Assembly (NCBI GenBank): GCA_048268245.1
Contig: JBLWVX010000006.1
Coordinates: forward strand, 45,416 to 109,415
DNA: 64,000 bases
Direction: 5' to 3'
DNA from: Arcobacteraceae bacterium
GTDB lineage: Bacteria > Campylobacterota > Campylobacteria > Campylobacterales > Arcobacteraceae
The translations under genes were made by a program, and so were the position numbers. This document shows, piece after piece, positions 1 through 10,450 of this stretch (the first letter of the stretch is position 1; every line of letters begins with the position of its first letter). Below the pieces are notes generated by a model that had not been told where the DNA came from, made no database searches, and saw only the letters and a list, made by a program, of their open reading frames with translations.

Positions 1-486
1 TTTAAAGCTATTGAAAAAGGTGAATTACATAGAAATTTCCAAGGATATACAACAAAAGGTGGAGCTGATTTAATTGGAATTGGATTAACATCTATTGGAA
101 ATGGAGTTGATTACTACTCTCAGAACTTTAAAGATATTCCATCTTATGAACAAGCTTTAGATAATGGTGATTTACCTGTATTTAAAGGTTATAGATTATC
201 AGATGATGATCAATTAAGACAATTCGTAATTATGGAGCTTATGAGTAATTTCTCTTTAAATATCAAAAGAGTCGAAGAAGAGTTCAATGTTAATTTTAAT
301 GAGTATTTTAGTGATGCAATTGAAGCTTTACAAGAGTTTGTTCAAGCACAGCTTGTAGAAATCACTGATGAAAAAATTCAAGTAAGCCAAACAGGAACAA
401 TGTTAATTAGAAATATTTGTATGCCTTTTGATGCTTATTTAAATAAAATACCAGAAGATAAAAGAAGATTCTCAAAAACTATTTAG
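1..486 (+). CDS. hemN: Oxygen-independent coproporphyrinogen III oxidase, 3' part (5' end outside window)
   Basis: Frame 1 is open from base 1: FKAIEKGELHRNFQGYTTKGGADLIGIGLTSIG...LIRNICMPFDAYL; the RNFQGYTT motif and C-terminus are typical of HemN. Confidence 0.93.
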   Translation, partial: FKAIEKGELHRNFQGYTTKGGADLIGIGLTSIGNGVDYYSQNFKDIPSYEQALDNGDLPVFKGYRLSDDDQLRQFVIMELMSNFSLNIKRVEEEFNVNFNEYFSDAIEALQEFVQAQLVEITDEKIQVSQTGTMLIRNICMPFDAYLNKIPEDKRRFSKTI

Positions 487-494
487 TTTTTGAA

Positions 495-1235
495 TCACTC
501 ATAAGGGTAGTCTGTAAAGACTCCCTTAACTCCTATTTTAAATAATTCATCTATAATTTTTTTATCATTTACTGTATAAACTAAAGTTTCAATCCCTTCT
601 TTTCTTAGTTCTATAATAAGTTCTTCTTTTACTAACTCTTTATTTATATTATATGTTTGGGCATTTAAGTCTTTTAGATATGAAAGAATATTTTTTCTTT
701 TTATATCTTCATCAAGTACAGCAATTGCATATTTTTTATTATACTTATTGATAAGTTTTAAATATTTGTGATTAAAAGATGAAAAAAGTACATATTTAGT
801 ACAATTATATTTCTCAATAAGATTTATTATAATATCAATTGCTTCATTTTTATTAGTATTTTTTGACATTTGTTTTATTTCTAGATTAAAATAAATTTCT
901 TTTTTTTTAGCAATTCCTAAAAACTCTTCAAGCGTTGAGATGTTAGTGCCTTTAATATCTAGTTTTTCTATTTCATTGTAATTGAAATCTTTTATATACC
1001 AAGGCTTTAAATCTTTATAATTTTGATACATGTGTATATCAGACATTCTTTCTAATGTTTCGTCATGATGAATAATTGGCGTATAATCTTTAGTAAATTG
1101 AATATCAAGTTCAATAAAATCACTATTTTTAGAAGAGTTTATTAGTGCTTCTAATGAGTTTTCAACATAAAAGTTTCGGAAGCCTCTATGAGCAATTATT
1201 AAATTTTTATTTTTAAAGTTTTCTAAAAAGTTCAT
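495..1235 (-). CDS. Glycerophosphodiester phosphodiesterase family protein
   Basis: IIAHRG, ENSLEA, IELDIQFTKD, HDETLER, NLEIK, YTVND, GVFTDYP motifs. Confidence 0.9.
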   Translation of the reverse strand: MNFLENFKNKNLIIAHRGFRNFYVENSLEALINSSKNSDFIELDIQFTKDYTPIIHHDETLERMSDIHMYQNYKDLKPWYIKDFNYNEIEKLDIKGTNISTLEEFLGIAKKKEIYFNLEIKQMSKNTNKNEAIDIIINLIEKYNCTKYVLFSSFNHKYLKLINKYNKKYAIAVLDEDIKRKNILSYLKDLNAQTYNINKELVKEELIIELRKEGIETLVYTVNDKKIIDELFKIGVKGVFTDYPYE

Positions 1236-1449
1236 GTAAAACTCCTAATATTTCTTATTTAGATTATCAAATATATAGTTAATTTTTTATGAGAATTATC
1301 AAAATTTTAGTTAAAAAAACACACTTCAATAAAGTATTATAAATGCGACGTTGGCGCTACTATTTATGTACTCTTAACACTATTTATTGTATATTGCAAA
1401 GCTTATTATATTAAATATTATAAATTTTAAATCAAATAAGGTAATAGAA

Positions 1450-2751
1450 GTGTCAAAAATTAATAAATTTAATTATAACGCAATCGCAGACGATTGTGTT
1501 AAATGTGGTAAATGTAAACCTGTTTGTACTATTTTTAATATTAACCAAGATGAAACAACAAGTCCAAGAGGATTTATTGATTTATTAGGTGCATATGAAG
1601 ATGGTAATTTAGAACTTGATCAAAATGCAAAAGATATTTTTGAATCATGTTTTTTATGTACAAACTGTGTTGAGGCCTGTCCTAATGATTTACCTACGGA
1701 TATGGTGATTGAACAAGTAAGAAGTGATATTGCGAAAAAGTATGGTATTGCATGGTATAAAAGATTTTTCTTTTATCTTTTAAGACATAGAAAAACAATG
1801 GACTTATTATCATCTTTAGGATGGATGTTCCAAACATGTGCTTTAAAAATAGATAAAGCAAAGCAGTCTGCACTTCCTAGATTCTCACTTCCAATCGTAA
1901 AGAAAGATAGAGCTTTACCTTTTGCAGATATGAGAAGTTTTTTGAGAAAATATCCAGAGAATATTTTTGCAAAGCATAAAAAACAAGAAGATAACAAAAA
2001 AGGAAAAGTTGCAATCTTTATTGGATGTATGAGTAACTATACTTATACAAATACAGGTGATTCTTTAGTTAAAATTTTAAAGAAACTCGAACTTGATATA
2101 TTTATACCAAAAAAACAAAAGTGTTGTGGTGCCCCTGCTTATTTTACAGGAGCCTTTGATACAGTTGATTATTTAACTAAATATAATATTGAGTATTTTG
2201 AATCATGGATTGATGAAGTAGATGCTATTATTATCCCAGAAGCTACGTGTTCTGCTATGATTAATCAAGATTGGGAACATTATTTACATGACCAACCTGA
2301 ATGGAAAGCAAGAGCACAAAAAATATCTAAAAAAGTATTTATGGCTACTAAGTGGTTAGAAAACAATACAGAACTTAAATATATGCTTGCTAAATCTGAC
2401 AAAAAAATGGAAGATGTTGTAACTTATCATGATCCTTGTCATGCTAAAAAAATGCAAGGTGTTTGGCAAGAACCAAGAACACTATTAAAGCAAAATTATG
2501 TTTTAACTGAAATGAGTGATTCTAATAGATGTTGTGGATTTGGTGGAGTTACTATGCAAACTGAAAAGTATGAGTTTGCAAAAGCAGCAGGTGCTCCAAA
2601 AGCAGCAATGATTAAAGACACAAAAGCCAAAATAGTAAGTGCTGAATGTAGTGCATGTAGAATGCAAATAACAAACTCTTTACATCAAGCAGATGTACAA
2701 GAAGTAGTATTTAAAAACCCTATTGAATTAATAGCTGAGGCATTGGACTAA
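1450..2751 (+). CDS. (Fe-S)-binding oxidoreductase subunit, GlcF/LutA-like with CCG domains
   Basis: Two CxxCxxCxxxC ferredoxin motifs plus two CCG motifs and YHDPCH; GTG start at 1450 after AAGG is preferred over TTG 1387. Confidence 0.85.
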   Translation: MSKINKFNYNAIADDCVKCGKCKPVCTIFNINQDETTSPRGFIDLLGAYEDGNLELDQNAKDIFESCFLCTNCVEACPNDLPTDMVIEQVRSDIAKKYGIAWYKRFFFYLLRHRKTMDLLSSLGWMFQTCALKIDKAKQSALPRFSLPIVKKDRALPFADMRSFLRKYPENIFAKHKKQEDNKKGKVAIFIGCMSNYTYTNTGDSLVKILKKLELDIFIPKKQKCCGAPAYFTGAFDTVDYLTKYNIEYFESWIDEVDAIIIPEATCSAMINQDWEHYLHDQPEWKARAQKISKKVFMATKWLENNTELKYMLAKSDKKMEDVVTYHDPCHAKKMQGVWQEPRTLLKQNYVLTEMSDSNRCCGFGGVTMQTEKYEFAKAAGAPKAAMIKDTKAKIVSAECSACRMQITNSLHQADVQEVVFKNPIELIAEALD

Positions 2752-2753
2752 TA

Positions 2754-3575
2754 ATGCAAGAATGGCAAAATATCTACTCAAATTTTGATCCCATAGCATT
2801 TAATGTTGCGGGAATTTCTGTACACTGGTATGGAATAATGTATGCTCTTGCCCTACTTTCAGCTATTTTTGTAGCTAAGTGGTTTATAAAAAAAGATAAA
2901 CTTCCAATTTCAAATGATCTTTTTGATTCATATATTTGGTGGGTAGAAATAGGTGTTATTTTAGGAGCAAGATTAGGATACATTCTATTTTATGATCCTA
3001 ATACTTCATATTACTTAACTAACCCATGGCAAATATTTAATCCTTTTACTAATGGAGAATTTGTTGGAATTGCTGGTATGAGTTATCATGGAGCATTTAT
3101 AGGATTTATTATTGCTTCATATTTATTTACAAGAAGAAATAAAGTTTCTTTTTGGTTTTTAGCTGATATTTCAGTTTTAGGTATCTCTGCAGCTTATGTT
3201 TTTGGAAGAATCGGAAACTTTGTAAATCAAGAATTAGTAGGAAGAGTTACTGATGTTTCTTGGGGTATTTATGTTGATGGCGTTTTAAGACATCCTTCTC
3301 AATTATATGAGGCATTTTTAGAGGGAATTGTTGTATTTGCTATTTTAGTTTATTTTAGAAAAAGAAAAACATTTGATGGACAATTAGCACTAATGTATGG
3401 AATTCTTTATTCTATTATGAGAATAATAGCAGAACTTTATAGACAACCAGATATTCAATTAGGCTTCATCTATAGCAATTGGCTTACTATGGGGATGCTT
3501 ATTTCAGGGTTATTTACACTGATTTGTATAGTTATTTATGTAGTTTTAAAAAGAGACAATTTAAGTATTAAATAA
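2754..3575 (+). CDS. lgt: Prolipoprotein diacylglyceryl transferase
   Basis: WYGIMY, GARLGY, GMSYHG, GRIGNF, HPSQLYE motifs. Confidence 0.96.
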   Translation: MQEWQNIYSNFDPIAFNVAGISVHWYGIMYALALLSAIFVAKWFIKKDKLPISNDLFDSYIWWVEIGVILGARLGYILFYDPNTSYYLTNPWQIFNPFTNGEFVGIAGMSYHGAFIGFIIASYLFTRRNKVSFWFLADISVLGISAAYVFGRIGNFVNQELVGRVTDVSWGIYVDGVLRHPSQLYEAFLEGIVVFAILVYFRKRKTFDGQLALMYGILYSIMRIIAELYRQPDIQLGFIYSNWLTMGMLISGLFTLICIVIYVVLKRDNLSIK

Positions 3576-3577
3576 AA

Positions 3578-3611
3578 ATAGAAGAGAATAGTTTTAACTA
3601 TTCTCTTCTAT
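3578..3611. terminator. Bidirectional terminator-like hairpin between convergent genes
   Basis: Perfect 16-bp inverted repeat ATAGAAGAGAATAGTT-tt-AACTATTCTCTTCTAT. Confidence 0.65.
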
Positions 3612-3857
3612 ATAACCGCTTTCTATAGCTAGCTCATCTATTTTCTTCTTTAATAAATCCAATCTCCATCCATGTCTATTAGCAAAATTTTCTATTTCAG
3701 CTTCTCTTTGTTCTGGTGTACAAAATACAAATATTCTTTTTAAGAATGGTTTTGGAATTTGTATAGCTATTAATTGAAAATAGTTCTCTTTACAGCTTCT
3801 TGAACAAAAAGCTTTGCTCATAGCAATTTTCTTTTTGCAGTATGGACAATGCGACAT
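3594..3857 (-). CDS. Small Zn-ribbon protein (DUF2116-like)
   Basis: HCPYC-x9-FCSRSC at the N-terminus. Confidence 0.7.
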   Translation of the reverse strand: MSHCPYCKKKIAMSKAFCSRSCKENYFQLIAIQIPKPFLKRIFVFCTPEQREAEIENFANRHGWRLDLLKKKIDELAIESGYIEENS

Positions 3858-4054
3858 TATTTATTACCTTTTTGAATTAATTTGTAGAACTTTGCCTTGG
3901 TGACATCTTGTAAGAATTTGGGGTCAACTTCATGTAAAGCTATAATATCCACTTCCTTATCTTCCATAAGCCAGCCTTTTCCTGTATCTTTAATGGTTTC
4001 TTCCTCGAAAAGTTTAATTAACTCTTCTTTCGATACTATAAGTTCTTCATGCAT
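3857..4054 (-). CDS. Hypothetical protein
   Basis: 65-aa ORF with stop/start overlap to the downstream Zn-ribbon gene and natural amino-acid composition. Confidence 0.65.
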   Translation of the reverse strand: MHEELIVSKEELIKLFEEETIKDTGKGWLMEDKEVDIIALHEVDPKFLQDVTKAKFYKLIQKGNK

Positions 4055-4092
4055 ATTATAACTTTTTTATTAACGTTTGTAAATAGATAATC

Positions 4093-4794
4093 TTATTTTT
4101 TAAGATTATCTATAGTATAACCTTTGTTAGAATGATTTTTTACTATTTCATAATAAGTTTTTTGTCTAACTTTATTTACAATATTTCTCATAGTGTAAAT
4201 AGACATATCTTTACCTTTCCAAACAACCTCTTTAATCATATCATAATCAACGATTTCGTTTCTTTTTGCAATTAAAAGTTTTAAGAAAGATTTTTCAAGT
4301 CTAGTAAATTCAATTAGAACTCCACCAGCTTTAAAGAATTGGTCTCTGTATTCATCAAAATAAATACCATGATCAAATTCTATTTTATCCCCTCTTTTTG
4401 TTTGGTTAAGACACATAATAACTGCAAGTTTAATATCTTTAGCTCTTAAAGGCTTAGATAAAAAAGTATATGCACCATTATTTATAGCTGTAACTATGTT
4501 TTCATTTTCATCAGAATCTGAAATTACAATCTTTGGTAAAGTAGGTGCAACTTCTGATAACTCAGTACAAAGTTCAGAGAAAGATACACCTTCAATATTA
4601 GTATCAACAACAGCCATATCATAAGTACTTGAAGTAGCTAACTTTATAGCATCAACTAAATTTTTTGCAATTTTCAATTCTTTGAAATATTCATCAAATT
4701 CATTTTCTATAGTCTGATGTACATTTTCATCAGCACTAATAAAAAGTAACTTAGCGTTGTATAGTTTTCTTATATTTCTTACTGTCTTTAACAT
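4093..4794 (-). CDS. OmpR-family response regulator (receiver + winged helix)
   Basis: Receiver with VVD..., SKP; C-terminal VWKG...IVNKVRQK...GY winged-helix pattern. Confidence 0.85.
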   Translation of the reverse strand: MLKTVRNIRKLYNAKLLFISADENVHQTIENEFDEYFKELKIAKNLVDAIKLATSSTYDMAVVDTNIEGVSFSELCTELSEVAPTLPKIVISDSDENENIVTAINNGAYTFLSKPLRAKDIKLAVIMCLNQTKRGDKIEFDHGIYFDEYRDQFFKAGGVLIEFTRLEKSFLKLLIAKRNEIVDYDMIKEVVWKGKDMSIYTMRNIVNKVRQKTYYEIVKNHSNKGYTIDNLKK

Positions 4795-4898
4795 GTTATT
4801 ACTCTTTATGTATTAATTTTCAACATAATAATAACAAATATTTCTTTATATGTCAAAATAAAAGTTATAAAATGTGTTAAATTAAGTAAGAATTAAGA

Positions 4899-7580
4899 TT
4901 ATTTTAAGTCTTGCCACGACTCTCCTACGCATACTGACACTTTTAGAGGTATTTTTAATTTATAAATATTTTCCATAATTTTTTGTAAATCAGAAGTTAT
5001 TTTTTCTATTTCCTCTTTTTTTATTTCAAAAATAAGTTCATCATGTATTTGTAATAACATTCTTATGTTTTCATTATTTCCATATTTTTTAAATATTTCA
5101 AGCATTGATAGTTTAATTAAATCTGCTGCACTTCCTTGAAAAAGTGTATTTACAGACTCTCTTAAATATGCAGCTTTTTGCATTCCATTTGCTGAATTAA
5201 AATCAAATAGTCTCTTTCTTTTAATTAAAGTTTCTACAAAACCATTTTCATATGCAAAATCTTCTATTGATTTTAAATAGTTCTTTACATTTTTAAAAGC
5301 TTCAAAATATGACTCAATATATACTTTTGCTTCTTTTGATGAAATTCCTAATGTATCGCCAAGTTTTTTACTTCCCATTCCATACAACAATCCAAAGTTA
5401 ATTGATTTAGCAATTGATCTTTTTGCATCAGCCTCTTCTTCACCAAATATTTTAACAGCTGTTTGTCTGTGAATATCTAAGTTGTGATTAAAAGCTTCTA
5501 CTAAAGCATCATCTTCACTAAAGTGTGCAAGAAGTCTTAGTTCAATTTGTGAATAGTCAATACCAACTAATCTATACCCATCTTGAGGAATAAAGGCTTT
5601 TCTTATTTGGTTTCCTACTTTACTTCTTACTGGAATATTTTGTAAATTAGGGTTTTTAGAACTTAATCTTCCTGTTGCTGTACCTGTTTGTAAAAATGAA
5701 GTATGAATTTTGCTTTCTTTATTTTCCAAAGCTAGTTTTAAAAGAGGTTCTAAATATGTAGATTGTAGTTTGTATGCTTCTCTATATTCTAGTAGTAAGG
5801 GAATAATATCATGTTGGTCTTCTAGTTTATGTAATACAACTTCATTTGTACTGTATCCTGATTTTGTTTTTTTAACAACAGGAAGATCTAATGTTTCAAA
5901 TAAGATTACTCCTAACTGTTTTGGTGAATTAATATTAAATTCACTCCCAGCAAGTTCATATATCTTAGTAGTTAAATCATTAATGTGAATACTATTTTTC
6001 TCTTTTAGTTCTTTTAGAACGTCTGAATCAATTTTAACACCATTACTTTCCATATTTGCTAGTACTTTTATGAAATCAAATTCATACTTAAAAGCGATAT
6101 CTAAAAGTTTACTATTTTCTTCATCTTTAAATAACTCTAATTGTTTATTAAATAGTTTTAAAGTCATTAGTGCATCTTCTGCTGCATAATTACAAGCTTC
6201 ATTTATATTTACATTTGAGAAGTTTTCACCTTTTTTTACAACATCTTTATAAGCAATCATCTTATGGTCAAAATATTTATCTACTTGATAATCAAGTCCA
6301 ATTTTTTCAGCAGTATTTAACATCCATGATAAAATCATAGTATCAGCATATAAATTTAATTCTATACCTAAATTTTCTTTTACAATTACATAGTCATATT
6401 TGTAGTTTTGTAAAACAAGTTTAAAGTCATTTAGTTTTTCAATTGCTTTTTTTGAAGTTTCTAAACTTATTTGCTCCCCTACGCCTAAATAAAAATGTGA
6501 AATAGGTGCATAGTAAGCTTTGTTTGTTTCGTATGCAAAAGAAAAACCTACAATCTTTGCATTTTTTGCATCTACATCAGTAGTTTCTGTATCAAAAGCT
6601 ACAATAGAGTCTTTTGGAATTGAGTTAATTACTTCAAAAAGTTTAGCTTCTGTATCTAATAAAATATATTTATAATTTACTTTTACTTTTGCTTCAGGTA
6701 TTTTAGTTTTATAATTTAAACCATTTTTATTTACCCTATCTATAATTCTATTCATGTCATATTCATTTAGAATATCTGCAATTTTTAAAATAGGATTTTC
6801 TTCTGGTAATGTAAACTCTTCTAAATTATCTATACAGTGACAATTGTGACTTAATGTAACTAATTGCTTAGAAACAAATGCCATTTCTTTTCCATCAGTA
6901 AGTAGAGTTTTCCATCTTTTCTTCTCGATATTTTCTAAGTTAGCATAAATATTATCTAAAGTTCCATACTCTTTTATTAAAGCTTCTGCTGTTTTAGCAC
7001 CTACTCCTTTAACTCCAGGAACATTATCAGCACTATCCCCTAATAATGATTGATAGTCTGTAAATTGATTAGGTCTAACACCATATTTTGCATAACAGTT
7101 TTCTTCGTTGATAACAACTTTTTTAATAGGATCAAAAAGATAAATAGAGTCATCTTCTATAAGTTGGTATAAATCTTTATCGTGAGATACAATTCTAACT
7201 TCTAAATCTTTTTGTTTTGCATCATGTGCAATAGATGCAATAATATCATCTGCTTCAAAACCTGTTCTAATTGCAGTTTTAAAGCCCATTTTTTCAATCC
7301 AATCAATTGCAACTGGAAGTTGTGCTAATAAGTCTTGGGGTACATCAGGTCTGTGAGACTTATATTCAGGGTATATTTCACTTCTAAAGGTATCGCCTTT
7401 AGCATCAAGAGCGAAAACTAAGTAGTCTGTTTGAAAATCTTTACCTATATTTGATATAAAATTCATAAAACCAGTTAATAATCCTGTTGGAAAACCAGTT
7501 TTTGATTTTAGAGGTGGCAAAGCATAATAAGATCTAAATAAAAATCCAAATGTATCAATAACAGTAATAGTTTTTTTCAT
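4899..7580 (-). CDS. polA: DNA polymerase I
   Basis: 5'-3' exonuclease (EADD, GDSADNVPGV), DTETT exonuclease motif, TGRLSS, DYSQIELR, QIHDEL. Confidence 0.98.
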   Translation of the reverse strand: MKKTITVIDTFGFLFRSYYALPPLKSKTGFPTGLLTGFMNFISNIGKDFQTDYLVFALDAKGDTFRSEIYPEYKSHRPDVPQDLLAQLPVAIDWIEKMGFKTAIRTGFEADDIIASIAHDAKQKDLEVRIVSHDKDLYQLIEDDSIYLFDPIKKVVINEENCYAKYGVRPNQFTDYQSLLGDSADNVPGVKGVGAKTAEALIKEYGTLDNIYANLENIEKKRWKTLLTDGKEMAFVSKQLVTLSHNCHCIDNLEEFTLPEENPILKIADILNEYDMNRIIDRVNKNGLNYKTKIPEAKVKVNYKYILLDTEAKLFEVINSIPKDSIVAFDTETTDVDAKNAKIVGFSFAYETNKAYYAPISHFYLGVGEQISLETSKKAIEKLNDFKLVLQNYKYDYVIVKENLGIELNLYADTMILSWMLNTAEKIGLDYQVDKYFDHKMIAYKDVVKKGENFSNVNINEACNYAAEDALMTLKLFNKQLELFKDEENSKLLDIAFKYEFDFIKVLANMESNGVKIDSDVLKELKEKNSIHINDLTTKIYELAGSEFNINSPKQLGVILFETLDLPVVKKTKSGYSTNEVVLHKLEDQHDIIPLLLEYREAYKLQSTYLEPLLKLALENKESKIHTSFLQTGTATGRLSSKNPNLQNIPVRSKVGNQIRKAFIPQDGYRLVGIDYSQIELRLLAHFSEDDALVEAFNHNLDIHRQTAVKIFGEEEADAKRSIAKSINFGLLYGMGSKKLGDTLGISSKEAKVYIESYFEAFKNVKNYLKSIEDFAYENGFVETLIKRKRLFDFNSANGMQKAAYLRESVNTLFQGSAADLIKLSMLEIFKKYGNNENIRMLLQIHDELIFEIKKEEIEKITSDLQKIMENIYKLKIPLKVSVCVGESWQDLK

Positions 7581-7666
7581 TAATTTCTTCTTTCATAGTC
7601 GTATTTAAAGATAATATATTATAATATGTACACTAAAAATAAGGTTTTACAAGATAAGGAATTAAA

Positions 7667-8392
7667 ATGATTATTATACCTGCAAGATTAAACTCTAGTA
7701 GATTTGAAAATAAAATATTAGTTGATATTATGGGCTTACCAATGGTGATTAAAACAGCTAGACAAGTAAGTTCATTAGATACAGTTGTAATTGCAACTGA
7801 TTCACAAGAAGTAATTGATCTTGCAAAAGAGCATGGTTTTGATGCTGTTATGACATCAAGTGAACATCAAAGTGGAACAGATAGAATTAATGAGGCTGTA
7901 AATAAACTAAATTTAGATGAGAATGAAATTATAGTTAATGTTCAAGCAGATGAACCTTTTATAGAAACACAAGTTGTGGAGTCTGTTATAAATAGAGTAA
8001 AAGAGGTAATTGAAAATGATGAAGATGTTATGATTACTTCTTGTTATAAAAAGATTAGTTCTGAACTTGCAGATGATCCAAACCATGTTAAAGTGGTATT
8101 AGATGAGTTGGGAAATGCAATATATTTCTCTAGAGCAAAAGTACCATACCATAGAGACCACTATGATAATTCAAGTTATTATGGTCATTTAGGTATTTAT
8201 GGATTTACAAAAAAATCTTTAAACGCATTTTGTGAGTTAAATCCATCGAAATTAGAAGCTATTGAAAAGTTAGAACAATTAAGAGCAATAGATAATGGAA
8301 ATAAAATTGCTATGGTTCAAGTGGAGTCTAAATCTTTTGGTATAGATACACAGGAAGATTTAAATAACGCACTTAAGATATTTGGTAAATAA
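7667..8392 (+). CDS. kdsB: 3-deoxy-manno-octulosonate cytidylyltransferase
   Basis: IIPARLNSSRF, SGTDR, NVQADEP, YFSR, EKLEQLR. Confidence 0.96.
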   Translation: MIIIPARLNSSRFENKILVDIMGLPMVIKTARQVSSLDTVVIATDSQEVIDLAKEHGFDAVMTSSEHQSGTDRINEAVNKLNLDENEIIVNVQADEPFIETQVVESVINRVKEVIENDEDVMITSCYKKISSELADDPNHVKVVLDELGNAIYFSRAKVPYHRDHYDNSSYYGHLGIYGFTKKSLNAFCELNPSKLEAIEKLEQLRAIDNGNKIAMVQVESKSFGIDTQEDLNNALKIFGK

Positions 8393-8488
8393 TTTAAAAT
8401 TCATAGTTTTATTCGAACCACAGCTATAAAAGTGATTTTAAAGCAATTTTATGTAAAACTATTAAAAGTAATAATATTAAGGTAAAAA

Positions 8489-10450
8489 ATGCATTTTAGT
8501 GTCTTGATAGCTGATAAGAATCTTGAAGATTATTTAGGATTTAATCAGCATATTAAAAAATATACTAATGATATAACAATTAACTATTCTACAACTAGTA
8601 AAGAAGTTCTTTTTAATTTAGAGAATAAAAACTTACTTGTATTGAATACAAACATTAGTAAATATGAACAAATTACACAAAGATGTAAACAGTTAGATAT
8701 AGCAATACTATTAATTTGTGAGAATGAAATATCTAGAAAAGAGTATGATTACTTATTAACACCTATTGATTATGATGAATTATACTTCAAGCTTGAAAAC
8801 TACAATAGTTTACATGTAAAAGATATTCAAATAAAAAAAGAACAAGAGCTTTCTAGTTCTATTATAAACAATATTAATAACCCTTTATTTTTAACAGATG
8901 GCAAAAATGTTATTTTCTCTAATCAATACTTTAATCAATTAACATCTTGTCAAAATGAAGATGAGATAAATACAAAGTATAAAAAAATCTCAAATATTTT
9001 TGAGAATGAACCTGAGTGTATGCAAAAAGGCGATGACAGTTGGTTAGAGAAAACGGAAAGAGAAGACAATAAAGTTTGTATTATTGATAAGGGTAAAAAA
9101 AAATATTTCACTATACAAAAAATTTTCCTTGCTCATAATCATACAAATATTATTCTTCTAAATGATATCTCTCATGAGATAAAGTATAAAAATGATTTAT
9201 ATAATCTTCTTTATACTGATAATCTAACTTCTTTACCAAATAGAGCTAAATTAATTGATAGCTTACAACATAATAGACTAAATTTAGATGCCATTTCAAT
9301 TTTTGATATTAATTCATTTAAAGAGATAAATGACTTCTTTGGTCATAGAATTGGGGATGATATATTAAAAGGTGTTGGTGAGTTAATTTACAATTGTATT
9401 AAAGATTATAAGCAACTAAGTCTATACAAGTTTCCTGCTGATACTTATTGTATTACTAATACAAATTTAGAACAAGATAAGTTTTTAGAAATTGTTCAAA
9501 ATATTTCAGAAGAAGTTTATAAAAAAGTGTTCTATTATGAACAATATGAAATTGATGTTAGAATTACAGCTGGTATTTCTTTTTCAAATAAAAACAATAA
9601 ACTTATTACTGCAGATATTGCATTGCAAAGTGCAAAAAAAGACCATAAAGACTATTTAGTATTTTATGATGAATTAGATAAATTTCAAGAGTATGAAAAT
9701 AATATGTTGTGGTCTAAAAAACTAAAAAACGCATTTAATAATGACAAGATTGTAGTATTTTATCAACCGCTTATAAATAATAAGACAATGAAAGTTGATA
9801 AATATGAGTGTTTAGTTAGACTTATTGATGAAGACGGAAAGGTAATATCTCCATTTTTCTTCTTGGATATATCTAAAAAATCTAACCAATATATAAAACT
9901 TACGAAAATTGTAATAGAAAAGTCTTTTAAAAAGTTTTCTGATTTACCTTTTGAGTTTTCTGTTAATATATCTTATGAAGATATTGTAGACTCAGAGTTT
10001 TTAGATTTTATAAAAGAAAAAATTAAAAAATATAATGTCTCAAATAAAGTTGTATTTGAAATACTTGAAGATGAGAATGTTAAAAACTATGAGTTGTTAA
10101 TTAACTTTGTTGATGAGATAAAATCTTTAGGATGTAAAGTAGCTATTGATGATTTTGGTAGTGGGTATTCTAATTTTGAGCATTTATTAAAAATGAATGT
10201 TGATTATTTAAAAATAGATGCTTCATTGATTAAAAATATTGCAGTTGATGAAAACTCTTTTAAAATCACTAAAACTATAGTAGAATTTGCTAAGAACTTA
10301 AATCTAAAAACTATTGCAGAGTTTGTTGAGAATAAAGAGATATTTGATATTACAAAAGAGTTGGGAACTGACTTTTCACAAGGTTACTATTTTTCAGCTC
10401 CAATAGCAGAACCTAATTTGTATGAGTTTACAGGAGAGAACAATGAATAA
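8489..10450 (+). CDS. c-di-GMP phosphodiesterase: degenerate receiver, PAS-like, degenerate GGDEF, EAL
   Basis: DNLTSLPNR and FGHRIGD with FPADTY in place of GGDEF; ECL and DDFGSGYS EAL motifs intact. Confidence 0.88.
   Translation: MHFSVLIADKNLEDYLGFNQHIKKYTNDITINYSTTSKEVLFNLENKNLLVLNTNISKYEQITQRCKQLDIAILLICENEISRKEYDYLLTPIDYDELYFKLENYNSLHVKDIQIKKEQELSSSIINNINNPLFLTDGKNVIFSNQYFNQLTSCQNEDEINTKYKKISNIFENEPECMQKGDDSWLEKTEREDNKVCIIDKGKKKYFTIQKIFLAHNHTNIILLNDISHEIKYKNDLYNLLYTDNLTSLPNRAKLIDSLQHNRLNLDAISIFDINSFKEINDFFGHRIGDDILKGVGELIYNCIKDYKQLSLYKFPADTYCITNTNLEQDKFLEIVQNISEEVYKKVFYYEQYEIDVRITAGISFSNKNNKLITADIALQSAKKDHKDYLVFYDELDKFQEYENNMLWSKKLKNAFNNDKIVVFYQPLINNKTMKVDKYECLVRLIDEDGKVISPFFFLDISKKSNQYIKLTKIVIEKSFKKFSDLPFEFSVNISYEDIVDSEFLDFIKEKIKKYNVSNKVVFEILEDENVKNYELLINFVDEIKSLGCKVAIDDFGSGYSNFEHLLKMNVDYLKIDASLIKNIAVDENSFKITKTIVEFAKNLNLKTIAEFVENKEIFDITKELGTDFSQGYYFSAPIAEPNLYEFTGENNE

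Noticed and set aside
1339..1367. GC-rich patch ATAAATGCGACGTTGGCGCTACTATTTAT as a sigma-54 promoter or small RNA
   Set aside because: The GG is not followed by GC at the -12 spacing, and the possible stem is short and bulged; not enough support
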